Shown here piece by piece: positions 1-7,338 of a DNA stretch of 9,214 bases; position 1 is the first letter of the stretch, and every line of letters begins with the position of its first letter. Both the position numbers and the translations under genes were made by a program. Below the pieces are notes generated by a model. That model had not been told where the DNA came from and ran no database searches. It worked only from the letters and a program-made list of their open reading frames with translations. This DNA is from a virus (lineage: Duplodnaviria > Heunggongvirae > Uroviricota > Caudoviricetes), in the IMG/VR virus record IMGVR_UViG_2695420793_000010, one strand, 5' to 3'.

Positions 1-112
1 TCTGAGGCAGCACCTGGCACGGCTGGGACGGAAGTCGCTGTCGTTCTCAAAATCGGTGGAGCTGCATGACAAAGTCATCGGGCATTATCTGAACATAAAA
101 CACTATCAATAA
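1..112 (+). CDS. insB: IS1 transposase InsB, C-terminal fragment (partial at window edge)
   Basis: Translation matches the same InsB C-terminus as the 125-aa minus-strand ORF at 8821..9198; stop TAA at 110..112. Confidence 0.85.
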
Positions 113-127
113 GTTGGAGTCATTACC
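1..127 (+). mobile_element. IS1: IS1 right end (partial): 3' end of insB plus terminal inverted repeat ending at 127 (…aagttggagtcattacc); element body lies left of the window
   Basis: Frame-2 translation 2..112 gives [36 protein letters not shown], the InsB C-terminus; 105..127 is the reverse complement of the IS1 terminal repeat GGTAATGACTCCAACTTATTGAT. Confidence 0.9.
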
Positions 128-186
128 CTTCTTTCCTTCTTCGAACCAAACCGTGTACACCATCCGTTATCTGCGGAGGTGAGGCT

Positions 187-402
187 ATGAAATCCATGGA
201 TAAGTTAACAACGGGCATCGCCTACAGCACCTCTGCAGGCAGTGCTGGCTACTGGTTTTTACAGTTGCTCGATAAAGTCACGCCCTCACAGTGGGCGGCA
301 ATAGGTGTGCTGGGTAGCCTGGTATTTGGCCTGCTGACGTACCTGACAAACCTTTATTTCAAGATTAAAGAAGATAAGCGCAAGGCTGCGAGAGGTGAAT
401 AA
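187..402 (+). CDS. Class II holin, phage 21 S-like pinholin (71 aa) with dual-start motif
   Basis: MKSMDK… has Met1-Lys-Ser-Met4 (antiholin/holin dual start); GGAGGT at 176..181 five nt before the ATG; 71 aa; stop overlaps the endolysin start (TAATG). Confidence 0.9.
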   Translation: MKSMDKLTTGIAYSTSAGSAGYWFLQLLDKVTPSQWAAIGVLGSLVFGLLTYLTNLYFKIKEDKRKAARGE

Positions 403-899
403 TGCCTCCATCATTACGAAAAGCCGTTGCTGCTGCTATTGGTGGCGGAGCAATTGCTATAGCATCAGTGTTAATTACTGGCCCAAGTGGTAACGATGGT
501 CTGGAAGGTGTCAGCTACATACCATACAAAGATATTGTTGGTGTATGGACTGTATGTCACGGGCATACAGGAAAAGACATCATGTTCGGTAAAACGTATA
601 CCAAAGCAGAATGCAAAGCCCTCCTGAATAAAGACCTTGCCACGGTCGCCAGACAAATTAACCCGTACATCAAAGTCGATATACCGGAAACAATGCGCGG
701 CGCTCTTTACTCATTCGTTTACAACGTGGGTGCTGGCAATTTCAGAACATCGACGCTTCTTCGCAAAATAAACCAGGGCGATATCAAAGGCGCATGTGAT
801 CAGCTACGTCGCTGGACATATGCTGGCGGTAAGCAATGGAAAGGTCTCATGACTCGTCGTGAGATTGAGCGTGAAATCTGTTTGTGGGGTCAGCAATGA
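402..899 (+). CDS. SAR endolysin (T4-lysozyme-fold, phage 21 R-like), 165 aa
   Basis: Gly/Ala-rich N-terminal signal-anchor-release segment ([20 protein letters not shown]) followed by a lysozyme domain with E…D…T spacing; start overlaps holin stop, stop overlaps Rz start (ATGA). Confidence 0.9.
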   Translation: MPPSLRKAVAAAIGGGAIAIASVLITGPSGNDGLEGVSYIPYKDIVGVWTVCHGHTGKDIMFGKTYTKAECKALLNKDLATVARQINPYIKVDIPETMRGALYSFVYNVGAGNFRTSTLLRKINQGDIKGACDQLRRWTYAGGKQWKGLMTRREIEREICLWGQQ

Positions 900-1357
900 A
901 CAGAGTAACCGCGATTATCTCCGCTCTGGTTATCTGCATCATCGTCGGCCTGTCATGGGCTGTTAATCATTACCGTGATAACGCCATTACCTACAAAGCC
1001 CAGCGCGACAAAAATGCCAGAGAACTGAAGCTGGCGAACGCGGCAATTACTGACATGCAGATGCGTCAGCGTGATGTTGCTGCGCTCGATGCAAAATACA
1101 CGAAGGAGTTAGCTGATGCGAAAGCTGAAAATGATGCTCTGCGTGATGATGTTGCCGCTGGTCGTCGTCGGTTGCACATCAAAGCAGTCTGTCAGTCAGT
1201 GCGTGAAGCCACCACCGCCTCCGGCGTGGATAATGCAGCCTCCCCCCGACTGGCAGACACCGCTGAACGGGATTATTTCACCCTCAGAGAGAGGCTGATC
1301 ACTATGCAAAAACAACTGGAAGGAACCCAGAAGTATATTAATGAGCAGTGCAGATAG
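896..1357 (+). CDS. Rz: Rz i-spanin (inner-membrane spanin subunit), 153 aa from ATG 896
   Basis: N-terminal TM helix then coiled-coil-like charged region; position right after the endolysin; ATG 896 overlaps endolysin TGA 897..899; the ORF-track start at 884 is a GTG. Confidence 0.85.
   Translation: MNRVTAIISALVICIIVGLSWAVNHYRDNAITYKAQRDKNARELKLANAAITDMQMRQRDVAALDAKYTKELADAKAENDALRDDVAAGRRRLHIKAVCQSVREATTASGVDNAASPRLADTAERDYFTLRERLITMQKQLEGTQKYINEQCR
1116..1298 (+). CDS. Rz1: Rz1 o-spanin (outer-membrane lipoprotein), 60 aa, embedded in the +1 frame of Rz
   Basis: Signal peptide with lipobox-like VVGC, proline-rich mature part ([16 protein letters not shown]); AAGGAG at 1103..1108 seven nt before the ATG; wholly inside Rz. 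Confidence 0.8.
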   Translation: MRKLKMMLCVMMLPLVVVGCTSKQSVSQCVKPPPPPAWIMQPPPDWQTPLNGIISPSERG

Positions 1358-1381
1358 AGCTGCCCATATCGATGGGCAGCT
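1358..1381. terminator. Perfect 10-bp inverted repeat (agctgcccat-atcg-atgggcagct) between convergent Rz and bor; candidate bidirectional terminator
   Basis: Read directly: stem 1358..1367 / 1372..1381, 4-nt loop; sits between Rz stop (1357) and bor stop (1389..1391); no clear U-tract. Confidence 0.45.
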
Positions 1382-1388
1382 CATGCAA

Positions 1389-1682
1389 TTATTGTGAGCA
1401 ATACACACGCGCTTCCAGCGGAGTATAAATGCCTAAAGTAATAAAACCGAGCAATCCATTTACGAATGTTTGCTGGGTTTCTGTTTTAACAACATTTTCT
1501 GCGCCGCCACAAATTTTGGCTGCATCAACAGTTTTCTCCTGTCCAATTCCCGAAACGAAGAAGTGATGGGTGATGGTTTCCTTTGGTGTTACTGCTGTCG
1601 GTTTGTTTCCAACAGTAAACGTCTGTTGAGCACATCCTGTAATAAGCATTGCCAGAGCGGCAGAAAACAACATTTTTTTCAT
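1389..1682 (-). CDS. bor: Bor outer-membrane lipoprotein (lambda Bor / Iss family), 97 aa
   Basis: MKKMLFSAALAMLITGC… signal peptide with lipobox LITGC; near-identical to lambda Bor as recalled; AGGA 6 nt before ATG 1682; the 113-aa ORF in the track is an upstream in-frame extension. Confidence 0.9.
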   Translation of the reverse strand: MKKMLFSAALAMLITGCAQQTFTVGNKPTAVTPKETITHHFFVSGIGQEKTVDAAKICGGAENVVKTETQQTFVNGLLGFITLGIYTPLEARVYCSQ

Positions 1683-2168
1683 CTTATTATCCTGCATTGT
1701 TAAAAACGGCAGAATCCTATGTGACAACAATTAAACGATAGTTAAATGGATTGATGAAAATTAAAACTATATAGGTGTACGCTCAGACTATTGGAGGAAG
1801 TTGGGGACACTCAGAATCCTGTGGAATGAAATAAACCGGTCTATCCGTCTATTACCCTTTTAGCTGCGCTGTATCGTCGCCGTATTCCCGTATTAACAGA
1901 GACCGTAGCCCGACGGGGAACTCCTTCTGCGCGAGTATGCGGGAATAATCAAAAACGATGCACACCGGGTTTTTACCGCGTTTATGGTTCGCGGGTTTGT
2001 CCCTCATGCTCGCCAGTCCTGTGCGGGGGTGGAAGAAACAGGACACTTACACAGATTCTTGTGGGCACGATGCTATGCCTTTCTGGATTATCCCGATGCC
2101 ATTCATGCAAGGCGTTGTATCAGACGTTCGTCAGAGCTGTCAGGCTGACGGGTCCTCCCGGTGGGGTG

Positions 2169-2200
2169 GCCTGCCACGGGGCGGGAGCGTCGCGGAAAAA
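2169..2200 (+). other. cos site core (cosN-like): acg|gggcgggagcgt|cgcgg, resembling lambda acg|GGGCGGCGACCT|cgcgg
   Basis: Candidate 12-nt cohesive-end segment at 2179..2190; lies about 196 nt before the small-terminase start, as in lambda (about 190 nt); comparison is against the lambda sequence from memory. Confidence 0.5.
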
Positions 2201-2362
2201 GGCTAGTTTTTGCATTTCCATGGCGGCGGCAGCATGTTTGGTAATTTATTGATAATTAAAAGTTATTTCTCTTTTCAGCTGTACAATATTTTTTTCTCCC
2301 TGTCATTAGACTAGTTTGCAATTAATTGAAATATATAAATAAACCTGATTTTCACCTGCCAG
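2201..2362 (+). promoter_or_regulatory. cosB-like region: IHF-consensus site (minus strand, about 2242..2254, TATCAATAAATTA) flanked by three TTTC-N-CC-type repeats (about 2215, 2294, 2351)
   Basis: Matches WATCAANNNNTTR; the repeat spacing relative to cosN mirrors the lambda R3-I1-R2-R1 layout; loose pattern match only. Confidence 0.3.
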
Positions 2363-2374
2363 ATGGAGTTGCTT

Positions 2375-2902
2375 ATGTCAAATGTGAGCGGGATCGGTGA
2401 TGCTTATTACTGGAGTGTTTTTAAAATCGCCGAGGCCTTTGGGCTTCACCGGGACACAGTAAAAAAACGGCTCCTCGCGGCCAACACTCCTGTGGCTGCG
2501 ACTGTCAGGGGGAACCCCGTTTACGCCCTGCAGCATGTCGGGCCCGCCCTGTTTAGTGTGAAGCATGAGGCAGCAGACTCTGTTCATGATCCATCCCGTA
2601 TGGAGCCGAAAGAGAGAAAGGACTGGTACCAGTCTGAAAATGAAAGGATCAAGCTGGAAAAGGAGCAGCGAAAACTCATCCCAGTTGATGAAGTAGTCAT
2701 CGTCTATTCGTCCATGAGAAAGGCTGTCGTCCAGGTTCTGGAGACAATTCCGGATGTTCTTGAACGCGATTGCGCCCTGACTCCTCAGGCCGTCGGCGTT
2801 GTACAGCAGGCCATTGATGACCTGCGATACACTCTTCAGGAAAAATCCTACGAGGCTTGTGCTGCTGAATTAATTCCTGATGAGGAAGGAGAGAGTCTCT
2901 AG
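2375..2902 (+). CDS. Terminase small subunit (Nu1-like, winged-HTH DNA-binding N-terminus); possibly NohA/NohD-like
   Basis: GGAG at 2365..2368 six nt before ATG 2375; N-terminal pattern FKIAEAFGLHRDTVKKRL…PV…GNPVY parallels lambda Nu1 IFGASIRTIQNW…PV…GNEVLY; directly upstream of the large terminase; follows the cos site. Confidence 0.7.
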   Translation: MSNVSGIGDAYYWSVFKIAEAFGLHRDTVKKRLLAANTPVAATVRGNPVYALQHVGPALFSVKHEAADSVHDPSRMEPKERKDWYQSENERIKLEKEQRKLIPVDEVVIVYSSMRKAVVQVLETIPDVLERDCALTPQAVGVVQQAIDDLRYTLQEKSYEACAAELIPDEEGESL

Positions 2903-2910
2903 GAGGAATA

Positions 2911-4221
2911 ATGGGTTTTTCATCAGCCCGAAATTTGGGAAGGGACATATCGGCAGGATTTTCCCCACCACGTCGCATGCCGATTTCGGAGGCTGTTAAA
3001 AAATTCATGCGTGTTCCCAAGGGGGCTGGTAACTCGGTGCCATGGGATCCTGAACTGACACCCTACATCATTGAGCCCATGAACTGCCTGGCATCGCGTG
3101 AATACGATGCGGTGATTTTTGTTGGTCCTGCGCGAACAGGGAAGACCATTGGTCTGATCGATGGATGGATTGTCTATACCATCGTTTGCGATCCTTCGGA
3201 CATGCTCGTTGTGCAGATGACCGAAGATAAGGCCCGCGAGCATTCTAAAAAGCGCCTCGACAGAACGTTCAGAAGCAGTGCGGCGGTAAAGAAAAGAATG
3301 AGTCCACGTCGTAACGACAATAATGTCCATGATAAGACGTTCAGGGATGGCTCGTTCCTTAAAATTGGTTGGCCCTCGGTCAACATTATGTCGTCGTCGG
3401 ATTACCGGTTTGTCGCCTTAACCGATTACGACCGTTTTCCGGAGAATATCGACAGCGAGGGTGATGGTTTCTCCCTGGCCTCAAAACGTACCACCACATT
3501 TATGTCCGCCGGGATGACTCTGGTGGAGAGCTCGCCGGGACGTGACATCTGCGACAGCAAATGGCGACGTAAGTCGCCTCATGAAGCGCCACCGACGACT
3601 GGTATTCTTTCCCTTTACAATCGTGGTGACCGCCGCCGCTGGTACTGGCCATGTCCGCACTGCGGTGAATATTTTCAGCCAGCTATGGATGCCATGACCG
3701 GCTACCGTAATGAACCGGATCCCTTTAAAGCCAGTGAGGCGGCGTATCTACTTTGCCCACACTGCAGCGGCATTATCACTGCGGAGAAAAAGCGTGAGCT
3801 CAATAGTGCAGGAGTCTGGTTGCGTGAAGGTCAGGTCATTGATCGTAACGGCAACGTTTCCGGTGAACCGCGCCGCTCCCGTATCGCCAGTTTCTGGATG
3901 GAAGGGCCAGCTGCTGCGTATCAGGCCTGGGCGCAACTGGTTTACAAATTACTGACTGCAGAACAGGAGTATGAAGCGACAGGAAGAGAAGAAACACTCA
4001 GGGCGGTTATCAACACCGACTGGGGATTACCTTATCTTCCCCGCGCCAGCATGGAGCAACGAAAAAGTGAACTGCTTGAGCAGCGGGCAGAGCCAGTTCC
4101 TTCCCGCAGTGTGCCAGATGGCGTTAATTTCCTTGTGGCGACAGTGGATGTGCAGGCGGGACGTCATCGCCGTTTTGTGGTTCAGGTACCGGAGTCGGAA
4201 GTTGCCGGACCCTGCAGATGA
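2911..4221 (+). pseudogene. Terminase large subunit, GpA family, C-terminally truncated (436 aa versus about 640 aa full length)
   Basis: P-loop FVGPARTGKT, CPHCGE…LCPHC zinc-finger-like motifs and an INTDWG…VDVQ segment align with lambda gpA up to the start of the nuclease domain; AGGAGGA RBS at 2901..2907; ORF ends where the tail-fibre fragment begins. Confidence 0.8.
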
Positions 4222-5024
4222 AGGCGCATTACAGAAATGGTGGTCTGTTCTACCGTTCTTCAAGAGACGGTTATGGTTTTGAGGAAGGCTGGGCAGAAGT
4301 TTATACCTCGAAAAATCTTCCACCAGAAAGCTACCCAGTCGGCGCACCAATCCCGTGGCCATCAGATACCGTTCCGTCTGGTTATGCCCTGATGCAGGGG
4401 CAGACTTTTGACAAATCTGCCTACCCGAAACTTGCAGCCGCTTATCCGTCAGGCGTGATCCCTGATATGCGTGGCTGGACGATTAAGGGCAAACCTGCCA
4501 GTGGTCGGGCCGTATTGTCTCAGGAACAGGACGGCATTAAATCGCACACCCACAGCGCCAGCGCATCCAGTACGGATTTGGGGACGAAAACCACATCGTC
4601 GTTTGATTACGGAACCAAATCCACGAATAACACCGGGGCGCATACCCATAGTATTAGCGGGACCGCAAATAGTGCCGGTGCGCACCAACACAAGAGTTCC
4701 GGTGCATTTGGTGGCACGAACACGAGCATTTTCCCTAATGGTTATACCGCGATTTCAAATCTAAGCGCGGGGATTATGAGCACAACAAGCGGTAGTGGCC
4801 AGACTCGTAATGCAGGGAAGACATCATCAGATGGTGCTCATACCCACTCGCTGTCCGGCACTGCTGCAAGCGCAGGCGCACATGCACATACTGTCGGTAT
4901 TGGTGCTCATACGCACTCCGTTGCGATTGGCTCACATGGACACACCATCACCGTTAACGCTGCTGGTAACGCGGAAAACACCGTCAAAAACATCGCATTT
5001 AACTATATTGTGAGGCTTGCATAA
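4218..5024 (+). pseudogene. stf: Side tail fibre protein (Stf), C-terminal fragment only (268 aa ORF)
   Basis: …[11 protein letters not shown]…[49 protein letters not shown]…[31 protein letters not shown] matches the lambda Stf C-terminal region as recalled; the N-terminal fibre shaft is absent. Confidence 0.8.
4530..4960 (+). repeat. Histidine-rich repeat units (GAHTHS / GAHAHT / GSHGHT) inside the Stf C-terminal domain
   Basis: Repeated HxH motifs visible in the translation and as reiterated ggtgc(t/a)ca(t/c)ac(c/g)cac DNA units. Confidence 0.5.
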
Positions 5025-5605
5025 TGGCATTCAGAATGAGTGAACAAGCACGGACCATAAAAATTTATAATCTGCTGGCCGGAACTAATGAATTTATTGG
5101 TGAAGGTGACGCATATATTCCGCCTCATACAGGTCTGCCAGCAAACAGTACCGATATTGCACCACCAGATATTCCGGCAGGCTTCGTGGCTGTTTTCAAC
5201 AGTGATGAGGCATCGTGGCATCTCGTTGAAGACCATCGGGGTAAAACGGTTTATGACGTGGCTTCCGGCGACGCGTTATTTATTTCTGAACTCGGTCCGT
5301 TACCGGAAAATGTTACCTGGTTGTCGCCGGGAGGGGAATATCAGAAGTGGAACGGCACAGCCTGGGTGAAGGATACGGAAGCAGAAAAACTGTTCCGGAT
5401 CCGGGAGGCAGAAGAAACAAAAAACAGCCTGATGCAGGTAGCCAGTGAGCATATTGCGCCACTTCAGGATGCTGTAGATCTGGAAATCGCAACGGAGGAA
5501 GAAATCTCGTTGCTGGAAGCCTGGAAGAAGTATCGGGTGTTGCTGAACCGTGTTAATACAACAACTGCACCGGATATTGAATGGCCAGTAGCACCTATAG
5601 GGTAA
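5024..5605 (+). CDS. tfa: Tail fibre assembly protein Tfa (193 aa)
   Basis: [54 protein letters not shown]… closely matches lambda Tfa as recalled; start overlaps stf stop (TAATG). Confidence 0.9.
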   Translation: MAFRMSEQARTIKIYNLLAGTNEFIGEGDAYIPPHTGLPANSTDIAPPDIPAGFVAVFNSDEASWHLVEDHRGKTVYDVASGDALFISELGPLPENVTWLSPGGEYQKWNGTAWVKDTEAEKLFRIREAEETKNSLMQVASEHIAPLQDAVDLEIATEEEISLLEAWKKYRVLLNRVNTTTAPDIEWPVAPIG

Positions 5606-5869
5606 ATTCGTAATGATTACCTAAATACGTTATTCTTTTGTTCAAAAAGTGATTTTGCTATAGGTAGGGAGTATGTTCTTGGATTAAGAATAAAAATCGC
5701 CATGAAAGAGCTTCATGGCGAGTACATAAACGTACAAAATATGATGAAAGTAGAGTGGCGTAAGCCACTATATTAAGATATGACAATAGCGAAGAAAAGT
5801 AAATAACATTTTATGGGCGTTTAATTGTCAATTATAAAAACTAGAGTGCCCGATATTGTTTATCTTGCT

Positions 5870-5971
5870 TTAAAATAATGTACTCAAACCAAATTTTTGA
5901 GCTAAAAGCTCAAATAATATAAATGCAATGATAATGTTTAATAAGACAATTAGCTTGCTTTGTATTTTCAT
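5870..5971 (-). CDS. Hypothetical 33-aa hydrophobic peptide (MKIQSKLIVLLNIIIAFILFELLAQKFGLSTLF); speculative
   Basis: ATG-initiated ORF translated by hand from the minus strand; one predicted TM-like core; no Shine-Dalgarno; AT-rich context makes chance ORFs likely. Confidence 0.1.
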   Translation of the reverse strand: MKIQSKLIVLLNIIIAFILFELLAQKFGLSTLF

Positions 5972-6142
5972 TTCGGAATACTGTTAAGTAACTTTGATGA
6001 CACTAACAATAGATCGGAATTTTCTTAGAGTCAATGGTCACTGTTTTTGCTTGCAAAGCAAATGTTTTTGGTGGTTATAAGTTTTCTTAATATAGTCACC
6101 TATGCAACTTGTTCCTTGTGGAGATTAAAGGTTAAAATTTAA

Positions 6143-6292
6143 TGCGAAGATGGAATTATAATATATTTTTTTATAATTAATTTAACCTTAACATCGTTGC
6201 TGGCGGCATGGAAGAAATATCGGGTCTTGCTGATGTCGTGTTGGCACTTCCTTAGTGCGGTTATCGAATGGCCAGCTGTACCTGTGGGGTAA
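6143..6292 (+). pseudogene. Decayed 3' remnant of a second tfa-like gene (encodes …[32 protein letters not shown])
   Basis: About 100 nt (6190..6292) align to the 3' end of tfa (5500..5605); translated tail parallels Tfa …[32 protein letters not shown]; no in-frame ATG, upstream frame closed at 6140..6142. Confidence 0.6.
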
Positions 6293-6424
6293 AAACTTTA
6301 TATGGGTGCTATTTTTATAATAGCTGGTAAAAACTGGCCGAACTGAAATTCACTGTTGATAAAAAAGATGTGTTTGAGTGTATGTCATTGTTTTCTTAAT
6401 GGAATCCACTAGAATGCAGCGAAT

Positions 6425-6622
6425 TTAAGAAGGTGGGTTTTTATTGGAATATAAACTACAATAATGCTCAACTCGTTCGTAGAATTGTTTTTTCTTATTT
6501 TTTGGAATGCTAACCATTATATGCATTATGGGGGCGATACTTCCTGATAATTTACATGATGCATACATTGAAGCAATAAATTCAATATCATTGTCATCAA
6601 AGTTAAAGCTTTCTCCGTCCAT
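6425..6622 (-). CDS. Hypothetical small protein (65 aa), acidic N-terminus; low-confidence
   Basis: ATG at 6622 preceded by AAGGA with a 6-nt spacer; no recognisable family; sits in AT-rich DNA. Confidence 0.2.
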   Translation of the reverse strand: MDGESFNFDDNDIEFIASMYASCKLSGSIAPIMHIMVSIPKNKKKQFYERVEHYCSLYSNKNPPS

Positions 6623-6947
6623 TTCAATTCCTTATGTGTTTGGCACAACTGATGCTGTATCCCATGAGAATTTATGCAAGTTGTTATGTTTGATTTGATA
6701 TTGCAATGATAATTGTAGCTAATTGTTTTCAATTGAGTGAAAGTTTATTTCGAGTGATTAAGTCGAAAAAAAAGATTTCTCACGGTTAGTAAGCGTATTA
6801 GGTTAGTATTCAGATATGAATGGTATTAATGACTAAATTTTCAATCATATATGGATTTTTATGCTGATGAAGATGTTTTATTTGGCGATTCGTCAAGCAT
6901 CTTCACTTAAGTAATCGTATATTTTAAGAGTGCAAAAGAGAAAGGGA

Positions 6948-7050
6948 CAACGTTGCTCGCACTCTGGATTAAATATAGGGTGTTGTTAAACTGCGTTGAT
7001 ACATAATTGTACCGGATATTGAGTGGTCTGAAGTCCCAGTCATTAAGTAA
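6948..7050 (+). pseudogene. Second decayed tfa 3' remnant (…LLALWIKYRVLLNCVDT* then frameshift …VPDIEWSEVPVIK*)
   Basis: Nucleotide and translated similarity to the tfa 3' end ([11 protein letters not shown]…[10 protein letters not shown]); in-frame stop at 7004..7006 and a frame change before the last block. Confidence 0.5.
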
Positions 7051-7338
7051 TCGTTTCGTGATATGCCGCAGAAACGTTGTATGCAATAACGTTCTGCGGT
7101 TGGCTGATGCACTTTCGAGAGTGTATTGAATAATTTCAATCCGTTATTGTTTTTACGCGTAACACCATGAAAAGACTGCTTATCTGTTGGGGTATTTTTT
7201 GGGGCATATATGGGACAGAAATAGGCCACAGATAGATAGTAAGATCGAACTCAGGATGCTTTTGAAAAAATGTAACTATCTGAAAAAACCTAGAAAGCGC
7301 CAAGGAAACCACAGAATGAGAAAAAACATCTGTGAATT

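Noticed and set aside
471-656. 61-aa minus-strand ORF inside the endolysin gene
   Set aside because: Antisense shadow ORF fully within a well-supported gene; no RBS and no recognisable family.
1196-1408. 70-aa minus-strand ORF overlapping Rz/Rz1
   Set aside because: Antisense to Rz and Rz1; Gly-rich low-complexity translation of a Pro-rich coding region.
1470-1703. 77-aa plus-strand ORF overlapping bor
   Set aside because: Antisense to the confidently identified bor gene; Cys/Phe-rich composition untypical of proteins.
1852-2252. Three overlapping ORFs (1852..2046 minus, 1958..2206 plus, 2061..2252 plus) between bor and the terminase genes
   Set aside because: They overlap each other and the cos site, have odd Trp/Cys/Gly-rich composition and no clear RBS; the region is better explained as non-coding cos-proximal DNA.
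4218-4221. ATGA stop/start overlap between the terminase fragment and the Stf fragment as evidence of evolved translational coupling
   Set aside because: More simply explained as a coincidental product of the deletion junction; both ORFs are truncated remnants.
2378-5369. Numerous 60-135 aa ORFs on either strand within the terminase, stf and tfa genes (for example 2697..3020, 2923..3330, 3174..3386, 3710..3955, 3971..4282, 4027..4362, 4449..4691, 4471..4764, 4795..5013, 5003..5236, 5088..5369)
   Set aside because: All lie inside or antisense to genes with strong family assignments; typical shadow ORFs in GC-balanced coding DNA.
5879-5912. Imperfect palindrome ctcaaaccaaatttttgag and adjacent gagct-aaa-agctc, considered as a hix/gix-like invertase crossover site
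   Set aside because: Only loose resemblance to Din-family sites, no invertase gene in the window, and both tfa remnants are in direct rather than inverted orientation.
6507-6732. ORFs 6507..6698 (plus) and 6526..6732 (minus) in the AT-rich stretch
   Set aside because: They overlap each other and the RBS-supported 6425..6622 ORF, and have no initiation signal or family resemblance; likely chance ORFs.
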